DNA of 63,982 nucleotides, counting the filler, from Dimargaris cristalligena (Eukaryota): the NCBI GenBank assembly GCA_003614675.1. It is 3 parts of 3 records of this genome, joined end to end, with 100 filler letters (N's around TTAATTAATTAA, not from the genome) between each part and the next. Parts side by side here need not be neighbours in the genome. Positions count along the whole stretch, not along the records: positions 1 to 21,757 come from ML002652.1; positions 21,858 to 43,589 come from ML002653.1; 1 more part is not named here. One strand, 5' to 3'. Every line of letters begins with the position of its first letter. Within the stretch, counting starts at the first letter, position 1. The notes under the pieces were generated by a model. It had not been told where the DNA came from and did no database searches. It saw nothing but the letters and a program-made list of their open reading frames with translations. Positions 12,378 to 23,596 of this stretch are shown here, piece after piece. Position numbers and translations under genes: made by a program.

Positions 12378-15300
12378 GAACTCGGTATACAGCAATTCAA
12401 GATGGTTAGTGGCAAAACGCAACAACTGACCATTTGGTTGGAACGGCGGGGGAGGGCAGTCGCTCAAAAGCTATCAGGTAAGGTGGTTAGGGAACAGGAC
12501 TTGTAAAGTTGTATACTAAGGTCCGCCATTTATAATACATGATACACCATTATGGAGTCACCTGGGCAACAATGGAAGTGGAGAGTGTCGCTAAGGTGGA
12601 TAAACACCATGGTAAACAATAAAATAGCCACTTCCGCTTGGCAAACCAATGTGTCGGTGTCGAATTGGTGCACTACTTCTATCCGACTGCGAAATCTAGG
12701 ATTCGGAGGAGGGGGAGAGAGACAAGACTGATACTACCTTGTTAAATGGTGTATATACTATACTACTCTGGCCGGCTTACCTTTCCATGGCTTCGTTTGG
12801 ATCCGGGATCACTCCGTGGAAGAGGGGACTGGGGAGGGGGGAGGGTGACTTGAATAGGCAAATAATGGCCTCTCTAAATTGCCGCTTCCAGAACCCCTCT
12901 TTCCATTCTTCACGGATACGGGAGTATGCGCGTAATTCGGATGCGAACCTGTACCGATGCCCCTCCTCTGCGCCTGCATACCAAAACGCAATGAGGCAAG
13001 TCACCCCACTCTTGCTTCTCGGAAGCATCCGGATCCGGGGGCGTGACTGCTTTCGGTAAGACCACCATTCGGGTACCCCTTCTCTTCAACCCCTACCTTA
13101 CCCTCCCCTTCTTCCCCGCTTTTCCGCTCATTCACACGCATCCAAAACACAACCCATGCTGGCCAACTAGTGGTTGGTCGATTTAAGCTGGTACGCAAGT
13201 GTTAGTTTAATATGAACCTTCGCATCGACAGTGGAAGAGGAGGGGTGAGAGGCCGAATGAAACTTAATGGAGGGTGGGAATGTGGCGGGGATGGTAAATA
13301 GATAAAGTAAGTTAGGCCTAAGGGGTGCGGATAAGTCGAGGAAACCTTCCTTCGCGCCGGTATTACGGGGGGCTACAGCTGTGCTACTTGGTTGGATTTC
13401 TGACGAATAACAACTGGGGTTGGTTATGATTAGACAGGGCGGGGATGGCCTTGAGAAGCAGGCCGGGCGTAGTCGGGTCGGATAACGGGGCCTTCACGAG
13501 CTCCTTCGCCGCCCTTAGTCTATAAATGACTGGCCCGAGTTTGGCCAAATTGCTTGGCACAAAGGGAATGGGGGGTTTTTTAAATAAAATAAAAAAGAAT
13601 TGTGAAGGAATTAAACCGGACACCTCTTCCAGAATTCGTTGCAAAGTAAGCCTACTTGTCTGCAGCGAGAGTCGGAGAAGGGGGGAAACAGCCACCACCA
13701 CTTCTCTTCGTAGTATTCACCTTCGGACACACAGGGTTCCTGTGCATGACCATCCTTGCCTAATTGATTACCATGTATAGGAAAATATCGGAATGGCGCA
13801 CCCGTGCTTCCGCCTTTCCCTATGCACATGACTTATTCGACTTTTCTGTAGAGAGCTGATCCAAAATGGGTAAATTGGAGAGGTTGAAGGAGTCGTTAGG
13901 TCTTGATCAATCCGCTAGTCAGCGTTCCTCCTCCTCCACCGCTAATACCTAAACGGCCTCGCCCCTTTTTAGATGTTGGCGGTTCATGGAACTGGTCAGG
14001 ACAGGTAGTCGGAATTACCCGGTGGTTGAAACTTAACGTGGGAGAAATAAACCATGAGGGATATATATAAGCAGTCCAGTAAATATTAGGCAGTCCTCCG
14101 TACAACTTGGAATGATGGCCACTTGGCGGGCCCAGCGCGGTCTAGAAGCGGAATAGTAGCAGGGCCATTCCCCCATGGAAAGGCTGGAGTATATGGACTT
14201 GGGAAATGAATGAATGGCATGCTAGGTCGTTGCCGATTCGGTACGGATTGGCCTTGGGGGGATTTCCTACCCCTCCAACGAGGAGTTCGAAGTGATTCAC
14301 TAAAAGAGAGGGAGTGGGTGGATCATACCGTTTCTTATAAACACCATAGGATCAAATCAAAAGGGCCTGTGACTGTTATTTGAGCCATCTGACCCCCTAG
14401 TAGGTAAAATTAGGCGGCAATGGCGAAGGGGCAGGGGTTGCTGCTGACCACCTCCATGACACCTACCTATTCACGGGTAAATATAGCGAATGGGGGAGGC
14501 AGAGAAGGCAGGGATGAATCGGCCGATTACAATACTCTCTTTGCTTCCACGGCCTCTTTCCCCTTTGCAGTGACAGCTTCCCGCCACCCCACTAAGTAGT
14601 GACTTGAGGGATGATTACACAATGGCTGTTCCAGTTCATATGACCACTTCTGCTCGGGGTTATACAGACAAAGCCATCTGTAACCTCCACACGCTCCTTA
14701 ACCATGCCTCCACATGAAAGGGTGTGTGTGGGTGTTCTTCATCCGCCATGATTTGGCAGCCGGAAGGGGGGTGGTGGTTCAATTGCACCATCTTGACCTA
14801 ATGTTCCAATGGTACCCATTCGGCTGGAGCCGGGAGTGCAATACGGGGAGCGGAGGGCCCTTCGAAACGGGCTGTGGTTCTACACCCCCCTTTTCCGTCA
14901 ACACATCCCCTATTTTACTGGACTTCTCAACACACGAAGGGGGGGAGAGAGCCTTTGTTATATTCTAGGACCATAAATTAGGGAGGATTTTCGATCAGGG
15001 TGACTAGTCAAGCTATAGTAGTATATTATGACCTTTATCAGCCAATACCCGTAGTATCTGATATTAATAGTGTGTCATTAGTGTGACTGGGTTTTTGTTC
15101 GGACCAATTGCACACCGCCCAGAGGGCAAGGCGAGAGGAATTTCCGGCAAGGTCGTCGTCGTTCTATCTATAACAGGAGCACGGTCAGTTGAATTGGTTT
15201 TTGGCAGTGATGATCGTTTAAGAATGAGAGTGAAGAAGGTGGGGGACCTATCTCTTTTTGACTGGGGCCTTCCAGGGATGTATGAGAGTCAACAGTGGGT

Positions 15301-15410
15301 TGGTGCGGCTATTGTTCGGTGGTCAACCCTGGACCAAAACCAAGGGCGGGTATACGGGAATTGGCCCATGGCGGTGTGAGAGGTCGTCTGTTCGCCACGT
15401 ACAACAGGAC

Positions 15411-15436
15411 ACTATTATCACTACTACTACCACTAT

Positions 15437-15467
<31 letters not shown>

Positions 15468-15468
15468 A
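15411..15468. repeat. Compound (ACT)n/(GCT)n microsatellite
   Basis: ctactactac cactattact actactgctg ctgctgctgc tgctgct. Confidence 0.9.
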
Positions 15469-18215
15469 TTAAGACCCATTGATCCTGGATTATGGTGTGC
15501 GAGGATGAGAAAGAGGGTCGGATGGAGACTTTTTGAAAACCAGCAATAAGGATTAGCTCAGCCAGAAGCCCCCTCCCTCATTACTTTTTCACTTGACATG
15601 ATTTGTGCTGCGTTCATTTATTTACCATTACGGAACAAGTAAATGGCATCATTGTCTGTATATCCACCCATTTATCGCTCGATTCGCTTATGAAGTGTAT
15701 GTGGGTGTGGGTGTGAGTGATACTGCCTCAGTCAACTCCTCCCCCCCCCCACTCACACAGCTCGCACCGTATAACCCACCCACAGTGTGTATAGGTGGGT
15801 GTGGTATTGTACGGATGTCCACGAATCGGGCTAACCCGGAAATACCCTCGACATGAACCAATCAAGGGAACTAAGCCATCGGGCATTTCAGGACCAAACA
15901 TGCCGAATCGGGAAGGCCAGGTGAATAGGTGTGTGTGTGGAGCCAAGAATAAGTTGCAAGGGGCCTCTCTGCATGATTGGCCAGTAAATGGGGTATACAA
16001 TGAGCAAACGGTATGCGAGAAAGACAGAAGGAGGAGGAAGAAGAGACTCGACGAAAGGCGGGGCGGCGTTTAATTACCATTTGGGATATTTTGGGTGGTT
16101 TATCCACTAACATGGCAGCGGGAATCCACCACGCCCACATCCTCGCTGCACATTAGGCGCGAAAGGAAATCGCCATAGTAGGAGTGGAAATCGCCATTTC
16201 TTCCGATAATAAAGCAATTGTACTGGCTGGGCCAGTGGAGTAAGGGTAACACAGGTAACTAACTAACTAATTAGTTGACTGACCGACTGACTGAACAGCC
16301 AGTAGTAGAGTGCCTCCTACCCTATTAGGACTACACCAATAAGCCTTATACAGTGGACGTCGTGTGGGGGAGGAGGGATTTTCCTACTTCAAGGGCTAGA
16401 GAGAGTAGAAATCCCGGGAGAGGCCTGCTGGAGATAGACGAGGGCGGTATTCAGCAACTATGCATGGAGGAAAAGGACCATTGTCCTCTTCATTGCACTT
16501 TGCCAAGGCAATGAATGCCAAATGGACCAAGTATACGTAGTTTACTTACTCTCCCCGTCGGCCTCTGCCACCTAATGGGGGGGGGTCTGCACCAACAGCT
16601 TTAATAACCCACTGGAAGGGGTGGGTTTACAGTCTGTTCTAGCGCCACGCACCTCCGGCGGAGGGCGCGGTCTGGACCAGCAGCAGCAGCAGCTAAAAAT
16701 AGGCGCACCCCGACTGCTTGGGGGCTTCCAGAGTCAGGGATATCACCACACCGGTAATTAAAACCGGGTCATCGCCACCATCGGATACTAAACTCCTCTC
16801 ACTTGTCTTGGCCACACCAGCCAATATGTTTTAGACGCCTGCCACGGCAGGTTTTAGGAGTAGTACACTGTTGCCCCTATACGCCAACACCACCAGCAGC
16901 AGCAGCAGCTTTTAAGCTGGGCCAGCGGGTGTTATTCAGCCAGCTCCACTAGCGGTGCCTTTTCCCTCGCCTGTTCGTCGTTGGTGCTCTGAGGTACCAA
17001 AAGTGGGTTGTTTTGGTTTCCTGGCGTAATACAACGTGTAAAAATAATTGTCCAAAGCGAACGTTGACTGGGGATGGGCCATAGTAGTGCAAGGGGGAAG
17101 TGCGACGCTGGCGGGAATAACGTTGTGCCGCGCACCAAGTATGCTAAAATGACTTGGCTGCAGTCTGCATAGCTGCAGCCGGCTTCATGTTTCCAGACGT
17201 CTCTTCTTTAACCCCTCCGCCAGGTTGATTGTCTGTAATTACTACTACAACCCATCGTCATCGGGGGGAGTGAACAGGCCGATGGAGAGGATGAGGGGAG
17301 AGAAAAAGCCCCTGCCGCCTGGAACGGGAGGAGCCGCGTTCATTTAACACTGCAGTCCCTATTTTTAGCAAGTCCGGGCGTTTTCGGGTTCGTGGTGGTA
17401 TTACCCTATAGGTGTGGCTGCTAGAAGGGGTTGGCTATATAGTTAGTATACTCTATAAGAGTGTGGGGATGGGGATGTTACACCGCCACCACCACTACCT
17501 ATCCTCCAGAAACGCGTTTATCAGTTCATACGCCCAAGTAAGGCCTATCATATTGTCGAAGATGTGGTGTCGTTGTCAGCAGCATTATACGGTATCCATG
17601 ACGAACGAAGAGAGGGGAAGCGACACATCTAATCTGGTAGCTACCTACTTACTTACTTATCTAGGCATATGTAGGGCCGGGGTTCTTCCTGGTCGCGGAG
17701 CAAACCGGGGGATAGATCACTCTCACTACGCTGGGGGATAGCACGAGCGAAGAACCTGAACAGATAGATAGATGGAGGAAGAAGGGAGGGTCCCCCTAGT
17801 TCAAATGGGAGGAGGGAGGACCCTATTTTATTGGTGGGTGGTGCTTGTGACAACTGTGTACTCTTTAGGTGTGAAAACCACACCCTCCCTTGGGCCAATG
17901 GCAACTAACTAGGGCTGTGACGGCTGTTTTTCAGGCGCCTATCTGATCCCCCAATGGCTGCCCGCTCTAAGCTTAACTATACCATTCCATTGGCCCCGGT
18001 TTTTTTATATGTTGTGCATGCACCCCACTTCACCATCCTCCCTCTTTCCAACTCCTCTTCTGTTTTTACACTATCTATATATGCATTTTCTATTCTTATA
18101 TACGCATTAGTAGAAGAACTTCACCTTTTCATCTATTGTGACTAACCTAATACCTCCCGCTCTCTCTCCTCCCCTCCCCTCCTCCCTTTGTTCCTAAACT
18201 GCTCGCGTTTCCCCC

Positions 18216-18225
18216 ATATATATAG
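18216..18225 (+). promoter_or_regulatory. TATA-like element upstream of PCK1
   Basis: atatatatag flanked by CT-rich tracts, ~120 nt before the upstream in-frame ATG at 18346. Confidence 0.45.
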
Positions 18226-18522
18226 ACCCGTCATTTCCCTCTTCGTTTTATCCTCACTTCTTGTCTATTCCACCGCCAGCTCTCGCCCTCCCCTCTGTTT
18301 GTCTATTTACTAGCCCTTTTCTTCTTGTTGTTTGACGACCCTTGCATGTCGCCGACTCAGCGTATCATTTCCCAAAGCCCGTTTTTCTGTCGTTTCACCG
18401 CCGCCTCCCACCGCCCCTTCTCCATACCCCGTTTATTTTCCTCCGCCTGCCCGCATTCCCGCTACGCTACCAAGCCCTACTCAATACTTTCCAAACCCCA
18501 GCCCTCCCGTTCTATTAACACC

Positions 18523-20157
18523 ATGGTTCACTCCTCCCGTGTCTCCACCCCGGACTCCGCGTCCATTGAAATCGCCCTGCACCAGTCCGACGGTATCGAC
18601 TACCACCGCACCCACATTTACCGCAACTTGTCCGTCGCCTGTCTGTACGAAGATGCCCTCAAGTTCGAAAAGGGCACCTACATGTCCTCCTCCGGCGCCC
18701 TGATCACCTCCTCCGGTGAAAAGACCGGTCGCAGCCCCAAGGACAAGCGTATCGTCGAGGAAGAAGATACCCTGCACGATATCTGGTGGGGCCCCGTCAA
18801 CACCAAGATGTCCGAGCGCGTCTTCCGTATCAACCACGAACGTGCCGTCGACTACCTCAACACCCGCGAGCGCCTCTACGTCTTTGACGGTTTCGCCGGA
18901 TGGGACCCGAAGTACCGCATCAAGGTCCGTGTCGTCTGCGCCCGTGCCTACCACGCCCTGTTCATGCGTAACATGTTGATCCGCCCCACCGACGAGGAAC
19001 TCGCTGACTACGGCGAACCCGACTTCACCATCCTCAACGCTGGCCAGTTCCCCGCTAACCGTTACACCACCGGTATGACCAGCGCTACCAGCGTCTCCAT
19101 CAGCTTCGAGCGCCGCGAAATGGTCATTCTGGGTACCGAATACGCCGGTGAAATGAAGAAGGGTATCTTTACCGTCATGCACTACCTCATGCCCAAGTCC
19201 GGCGTGCTGTCCCTCCACTCCAGCGCCAACGAAGGCCCCGACGGCGATGTGTCCCTGTTCTTCGGCCTGTCCGGTACCGGTAAAACCACCCTGTCCGCCG
19301 ACCCTCACCGTGCCCTGATTGGTGACGACGAACACTGCTGGTCCGACGACGGCACCTTCAACATCGAAGGGGGCTGTTACGCCAAGTGTATCGACCTGTC
19401 CGCCGCCAAGGAACCCGAGATTTTCAACGCCATTCGCTTCGGTTCCGTCTTGGAGAACGTCGTCTTCAACGAAGAGACCCGTCTGGTGGACTACACCGAC
19501 AGTTCCGTCACCGAAAACACCCGGTGCGCTTACCCCATTGAGTTCATCCCCAATGCCAAACTGCCCTGTGTCGGTGGTCACCCCAAGAACATCATCCTGC
19601 TGACCTGTGATGCCTTTGGTGTGCTCCCCCCCGTCGCTCGCTTGACTCCCGCCCAGGCCATGTACCACTTCATCTCCGGCTACACCGCCAAGATTGCCGG
19701 TACCGAAGAGGGGGTTACCGAACCCGAGGCCACCTTCTCGGCCTGCTTCGGCCAACCCTTCCTGGTCTGGCACCCCGTCAAGTATGCTTCCATGCTGGCT
19801 GCCAAGATCCAGCAGTACGGTAGCAAGGTCTGGCTGGTCAACACCGGCTGGAACGGTGGTGTCTACGGTGTGGGCAAGCGTATCTCCCTCAAGTACTCCC
19901 GCGCCATCATTGACGCTATCCACAATGGCGAGCTGGCCGACGCTGAATACGTCAACTACCCCACCTTCAACATCGACATCCCCACCTCGGTCACGGGTGT
20001 CCCCAGCGAGGTGCTCAACCCCCGCTCCGCCTGGGCCGGTACCGATGCCGAGTTCGATAACACCATCACCAAGCTGGCTACCCTCTTCAACAAGAACTTC
20101 AAGGGCTACGCCGACCGCGCCACGCCTGAGATCCTGTCCGCTGCTCCCCGCATTTAA
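18523..20157 (+). CDS. PCK1: Phosphoenolpyruvate carboxykinase (ATP); possible longer isoform from ATG 18346
   Basis: [19 protein letters not shown], kinase-1a [31 protein letters not shown]. Strong C-ending codon bias and good start context (acaccATGg). Confidence 0.98.
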   Translation: MVHSSRVSTPDSASIEIALHQSDGIDYHRTHIYRNLSVACLYEDALKFEKGTYMSSSGALITSSGEKTGRSPKDKRIVEEEDTLHDIWWGPVNTKMSERVFRINHERAVDYLNTRERLYVFDGFAGWDPKYRIKVRVVCARAYHALFMRNMLIRPTDEELADYGEPDFTILNAGQFPANRYTTGMTSATSVSISFERREMVILGTEYAGEMKKGIFTVMHYLMPKSGVLSLHSSANEGPDGDVSLFFGLSGTGKTTLSADPHRALIGDDEHCWSDDGTFNIEGGCYAKCIDLSAAKEPEIFNAIRFGSVLENVVFNEETRLVDYTDSSVTENTRCAYPIEFIPNAKLPCVGGHPKNIILLTCDAFGVLPPVARLTPAQAMYHFISGYTAKIAGTEEGVTEPEATFSACFGQPFLVWHPVKYASMLAAKIQQYGSKVWLVNTGWNGGVYGVGKRISLKYSRAIIDAIHNGELADAEYVNYPTFNIDIPTSVTGVPSEVLNPRSAWAGTDAEFDNTITKLATLFNKNFKGYADRATPEILSAAPRI

Positions 20158-21524
20158 TTCGACGTTGGGCCTTCCATTCCCTCTTATCATTCAGCATAGC
20201 CTCCTCCCCTCCCCCATGGCGGGGGCCGGACTGAGTTTGTGTTGTTTCAACTGGCCACTTAGTTTCATTCGACCTATTTAATCCACCGTCCTTTAACCGT
20301 TCTTTATTAATGGGGTCAATATTTTACCACCGCCTGCCCAGCCCAATGCCAAAGGGTAGCGAGGCGTAGTTTGTTTGTACGAGAGTGTACCTCTCTATTT
20401 CTAAGGGTTGCTCCTCCTCTTCAAACCTAACCTTCATTTCCATACTTCCACCCGGCGGTGTCCCAAACCATTTTCCTTATTTATCTGTATCATACCTCGC
20501 GGTCACACTGATAAACTGTCATTAACTCACTCTTCTCCTCCCCCTCCTTTGCTCTCCCAAAATAAACTGTGCAACCGTTCATAACCAAACTATTCCCCTG
20601 GTTTACCCTATTGTTGCGAACCCTGTTTCGATGATCGATCTTGATGGGTGTGTGTGCCGAGTGGGCCTGGCTGTGTACTACTTCCCTGGCGTGATGATCC
20701 GAATACCCATCCCTCATTCTCGGACACTTTACCATTCTTTGGTGGGAATGGATTCTTCCCATAATGGCGGTTATCTATATCACCTCCCCCCTCCTTTCTG
20801 CTCTTGAAAAGAGCTAATTATCAGCTGAAGAGCACATGCTGCCTTTTTACAGGCCCATAGTCCAATCTGGAGTGCTTCCCAGCCCCACATCCCGCTAAAC
20901 CAATCGGGGCTAGGATGTGACTGTTGTTCTCGTCGCCGTGAATAATATAAAACCCCCATGTGATATTCTGTCGGGGGGGGGAGTGGTTATTTATAGAGAT
21001 TATCGGCCGTTAACTGGTTGTTGGACTATTCTCCGGGTCTGCAAGGTCCCCCTTTCCTTCTTCCAATAGGCATGGGAAGGGTGGTGGGGTGTGTCCTTTC
21101 CTCTACTTGGGTAGTGGCTGGAGAACACTGTGGCTAATTGAGCGTGTCATTTCAATATAGAGGATGAATTCTCTTTATTCAATTGGGCGACGCAACAAGG
21201 GTGGTCCCAGAATAGAAAATGGGGTGGTGATTTAAATACACCGTTACATCTTCGATTGGCACCGGGGCTTTGTTTTAGTTGATTGGTGCTTGATTATTAT
21301 TGTGGACATATATATGTGTGTGTGGATTAGGGGGGGGGGTATGGTATGGTGATTATTGCCGGTTGGTTTATTTTCTAACCTGTGAAGTCATTTAAATATC
21401 GTTTGGCTGAAATATTAGCTTAGCTTAGGGTCGGTTTGCCTTGCATAGAGTGCCTGCATATTCTCCTTCTCTAAGAGCACATATTACTGTGATTGATCCA
21501 TACTCTACATAATTATAAATTCCG

Positions 21525-21677
21525 GGTGGGTGAAAGTCACCTCAATTATACGGGGTTTTTTGAACAGAGTGATGGAGGAAGACGCATGGATGCCATTCGT
21601 TTTAACCGGAATTAAAGGCCCAGTCAGCAAAGTGGCAGGGGGTTGGTTATACAGTGGGGTTGAGCAGCTCCCAAATG
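21525..21677 (-). mobile_element. Degenerate copy of the MITE-like family
   Basis: Ends gtgggtgaaagtca... and ...gttatacagtggggttgagcagctcccaaatg resemble the ends of copy 2, with a similar length and an internal ttttaacc. Confidence 0.5.
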
Positions 21678-21757
21678 AATTTTAATAGGGGCTTGTACCG
21701 GGTTCACATTCGAAAGGGGGCATATCAACGCCTATTAATTATATAGAAGCATGTCGT

Positions 21758-21857
21758 NNNNNNNNNNNNNNNNNNNNNNNNNNNNNNNNNNNNNNNNNNN
21801 NTTAATTAATTAANNNNNNNNNNNNNNNNNNNNNNNNNNNNNNNNNNNNNNNNNNNN
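21758..21857. other. Assembly gap: 44 N + TTAATTAATTAA + 44 N
   Basis: Fixed 100-bp spacer carrying stops in all six frames; same structure at 43590-43689. Confidence 0.97.
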
Positions 21858-22718
21858 CGGGTCTTCGTAGTGGAAACCCAGGGGGGTAATTGCGGTTACT
21901 TGGCCACCGTGGGCGGTTTGATCACGGGTGCGACCACTTCGTACATCCCTGAGACGGGGGTTCGTCTGGAACAAATCCAGCGGGACGTTCGGCACCTGCG
22001 TAACCGGTTCTCTGAGTCCAAGGACTGCGGCTTGGGTTGCATTGTTCTCCGCAACGAGAAATGTTCCAAAACTTACACCACGGAGGTGCTTAGTAACATC
22101 CTGCGCGAAGAAAGCGAAGGGCTGTTCGATGCCAAGACCTCAGTGCTGGGCCATTTGCTTCAGGGCGGTACCCCGTCCCCGTTGGACCGCTACCGGGCTA
22201 CTCGACTGGCCGCCAAGTGCGTGCAGTGGGCGGAACGCCTGGCCTGGGACTCGATTGATAACCTGGATGGTGCAAGATCCCCCAACCCCGCCCAGAATTC
22301 CTATCGCGACGTGAATACCTACCCGGGAGCCCCCGGGAGCGAGAATTTCAGCAAGTTTGTGGCCAAAAGCGCTTGCTGCGACTCGACCAATGTGGGCTCT
22401 TCCGTCAGTGGCGAACATTTTGTGACCCCAACCCACCGGGCCAAGGAACTCCGTCCCACTGTCTTCACTCCGAACATGAACAGCGCCACGGTGATTGGTA
22501 TTGTATCCACCGAGGTCGGCTTCACGCCGATTCAGAAGCTCATTAAAGAGACCGACTTCAAGAAGCGCCGCTCGCTCCGCAACTGGTGGCTGCCCGTTCA
22601 CGACCTGGTTTCCCTGTTCGCCAAGTATGGCATGTACCCGGGTGAGGAACAGCCCTACCCGTCGCAACAGCGGGCGGAGGTGCTCAACACCCAGGACATC
22701 AAACATATGACGAAATAG
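21858..22718 (+). CDS. PFK: 6-phosphofructokinase, C-terminal part only (5' truncated by the gap)
   Basis: RVFVVETQGGNCGYLA, LGHLLQGGTPSPLDR and ETDFKKRR..WW are motifs of the eukaryotic PFK regulatory half. Confidence 0.93.
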   Translation, partial: RVFVVETQGGNCGYLATVGGLITGATTSYIPETGVRLEQIQRDVRHLRNRFSESKDCGLGCIVLRNEKCSKTYTTEVLSNILREESEGLFDAKTSVLGHLLQGGTPSPLDRYRATRLAAKCVQWAERLAWDSIDNLDGARSPNPAQNSYRDVNTYPGAPGSENFSKFVAKSACCDSTNVGSSVSGEHFVTPTHRAKELRPTVFTPNMNSATVIGIVSTEVGFTPIQKLIKETDFKKRRSLRNWWLPVHDLVSLFAKYGMYPGEEQPYPSQQRAEVLNTQDIKHMTK

Positions 22719-22974
22719 AAGGGTATTCTAATAATGTCCCTTGGCTATTTTCTATGCAAAATAGAATGGGCTGTCCTTGCGCACTATTAATTCATGTTTG
22801 ATTGCAAAATTCTGCTTTTCCTCTCACCCAGGGTACCTATAGTTGTTTTTCCACGCTTTATCGCTTGCCCTCATTCCTCCCATTTTTAATCTTATATATA
22901 ATCCCTATTTTTGCTGTATTTTCCACCAAACTGTTTAAGCATCACCCCCGATTTTCCTTTATCAACCCCAATAA

Positions 22975-23118
22975 ATATGGGTGAAATTCAAGCCGGCTGT
23001 ATAAAGTTTTACATGATTTGTGTATGGGAGAGTATGTGGGAGTAACCATTTTAACCAGTAATGTTGGCCCCATCTAATGGATTTTTCGTTATACAGCCTG
23101 GTTGAACTACTCCCATAT
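22975..23118 (-). mobile_element. MITE-like element, copy 2 (144 bp, inverted relative to copy 1)
   Basis: Terminal inverted repeats match 25/30; the reverse complement aligns along copy 1. Confidence 0.85.
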
Positions 23119-23596
23119 GCAATTGATGGGCTATTTAGACTGAGGGTTGCTTTTTAGCTCCATTGCTAAATAGTAGGCTAAACTCACACTGCACTTCTCT
23201 CCCCCTTTAAATTATTATCTCCACTAGCATCAATCAATATTTCACTTAGTGGCTAGTTAATAATTAGGATAGTATATTGATAATTGAAAAAGTATAGTAT
23301 TAACAATGCTTATCACAAGTCTGATCGAGCGGACACGAAAATGACCAACGGCGATAATTGCACTGCTGGATAAAAAAAATAGGGGATCTGACGACCTTTG
23401 GTGATGTCAAATTCGCAGTGGCTAAGTGTGTCTTAAAAAACACAGAAAAAAAAAGAGGAAAAGGCAACTATACTCAAGGCACACGCTTAATATATGTAAA
23501 TCAATGGAGCCGCATAATTATATCACCAGCGGAATCGCGCTGCCTTTGATATATTAGGGAAGTATTTAGGTTCCAATACCAATCAACGTAGCCACC

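Noticed and set aside
18481-20190. 569-aa antisense ORF over PCK1
   Set aside because: Mirror of strong C-ending codon bias (few TTA/CTA/TCA codons); no recognisable protein.
21802-21813. TTAATTAATTAA palindrome (also 43634-43645)
   Set aside because: Artificial contig-joining linker inside N runs.
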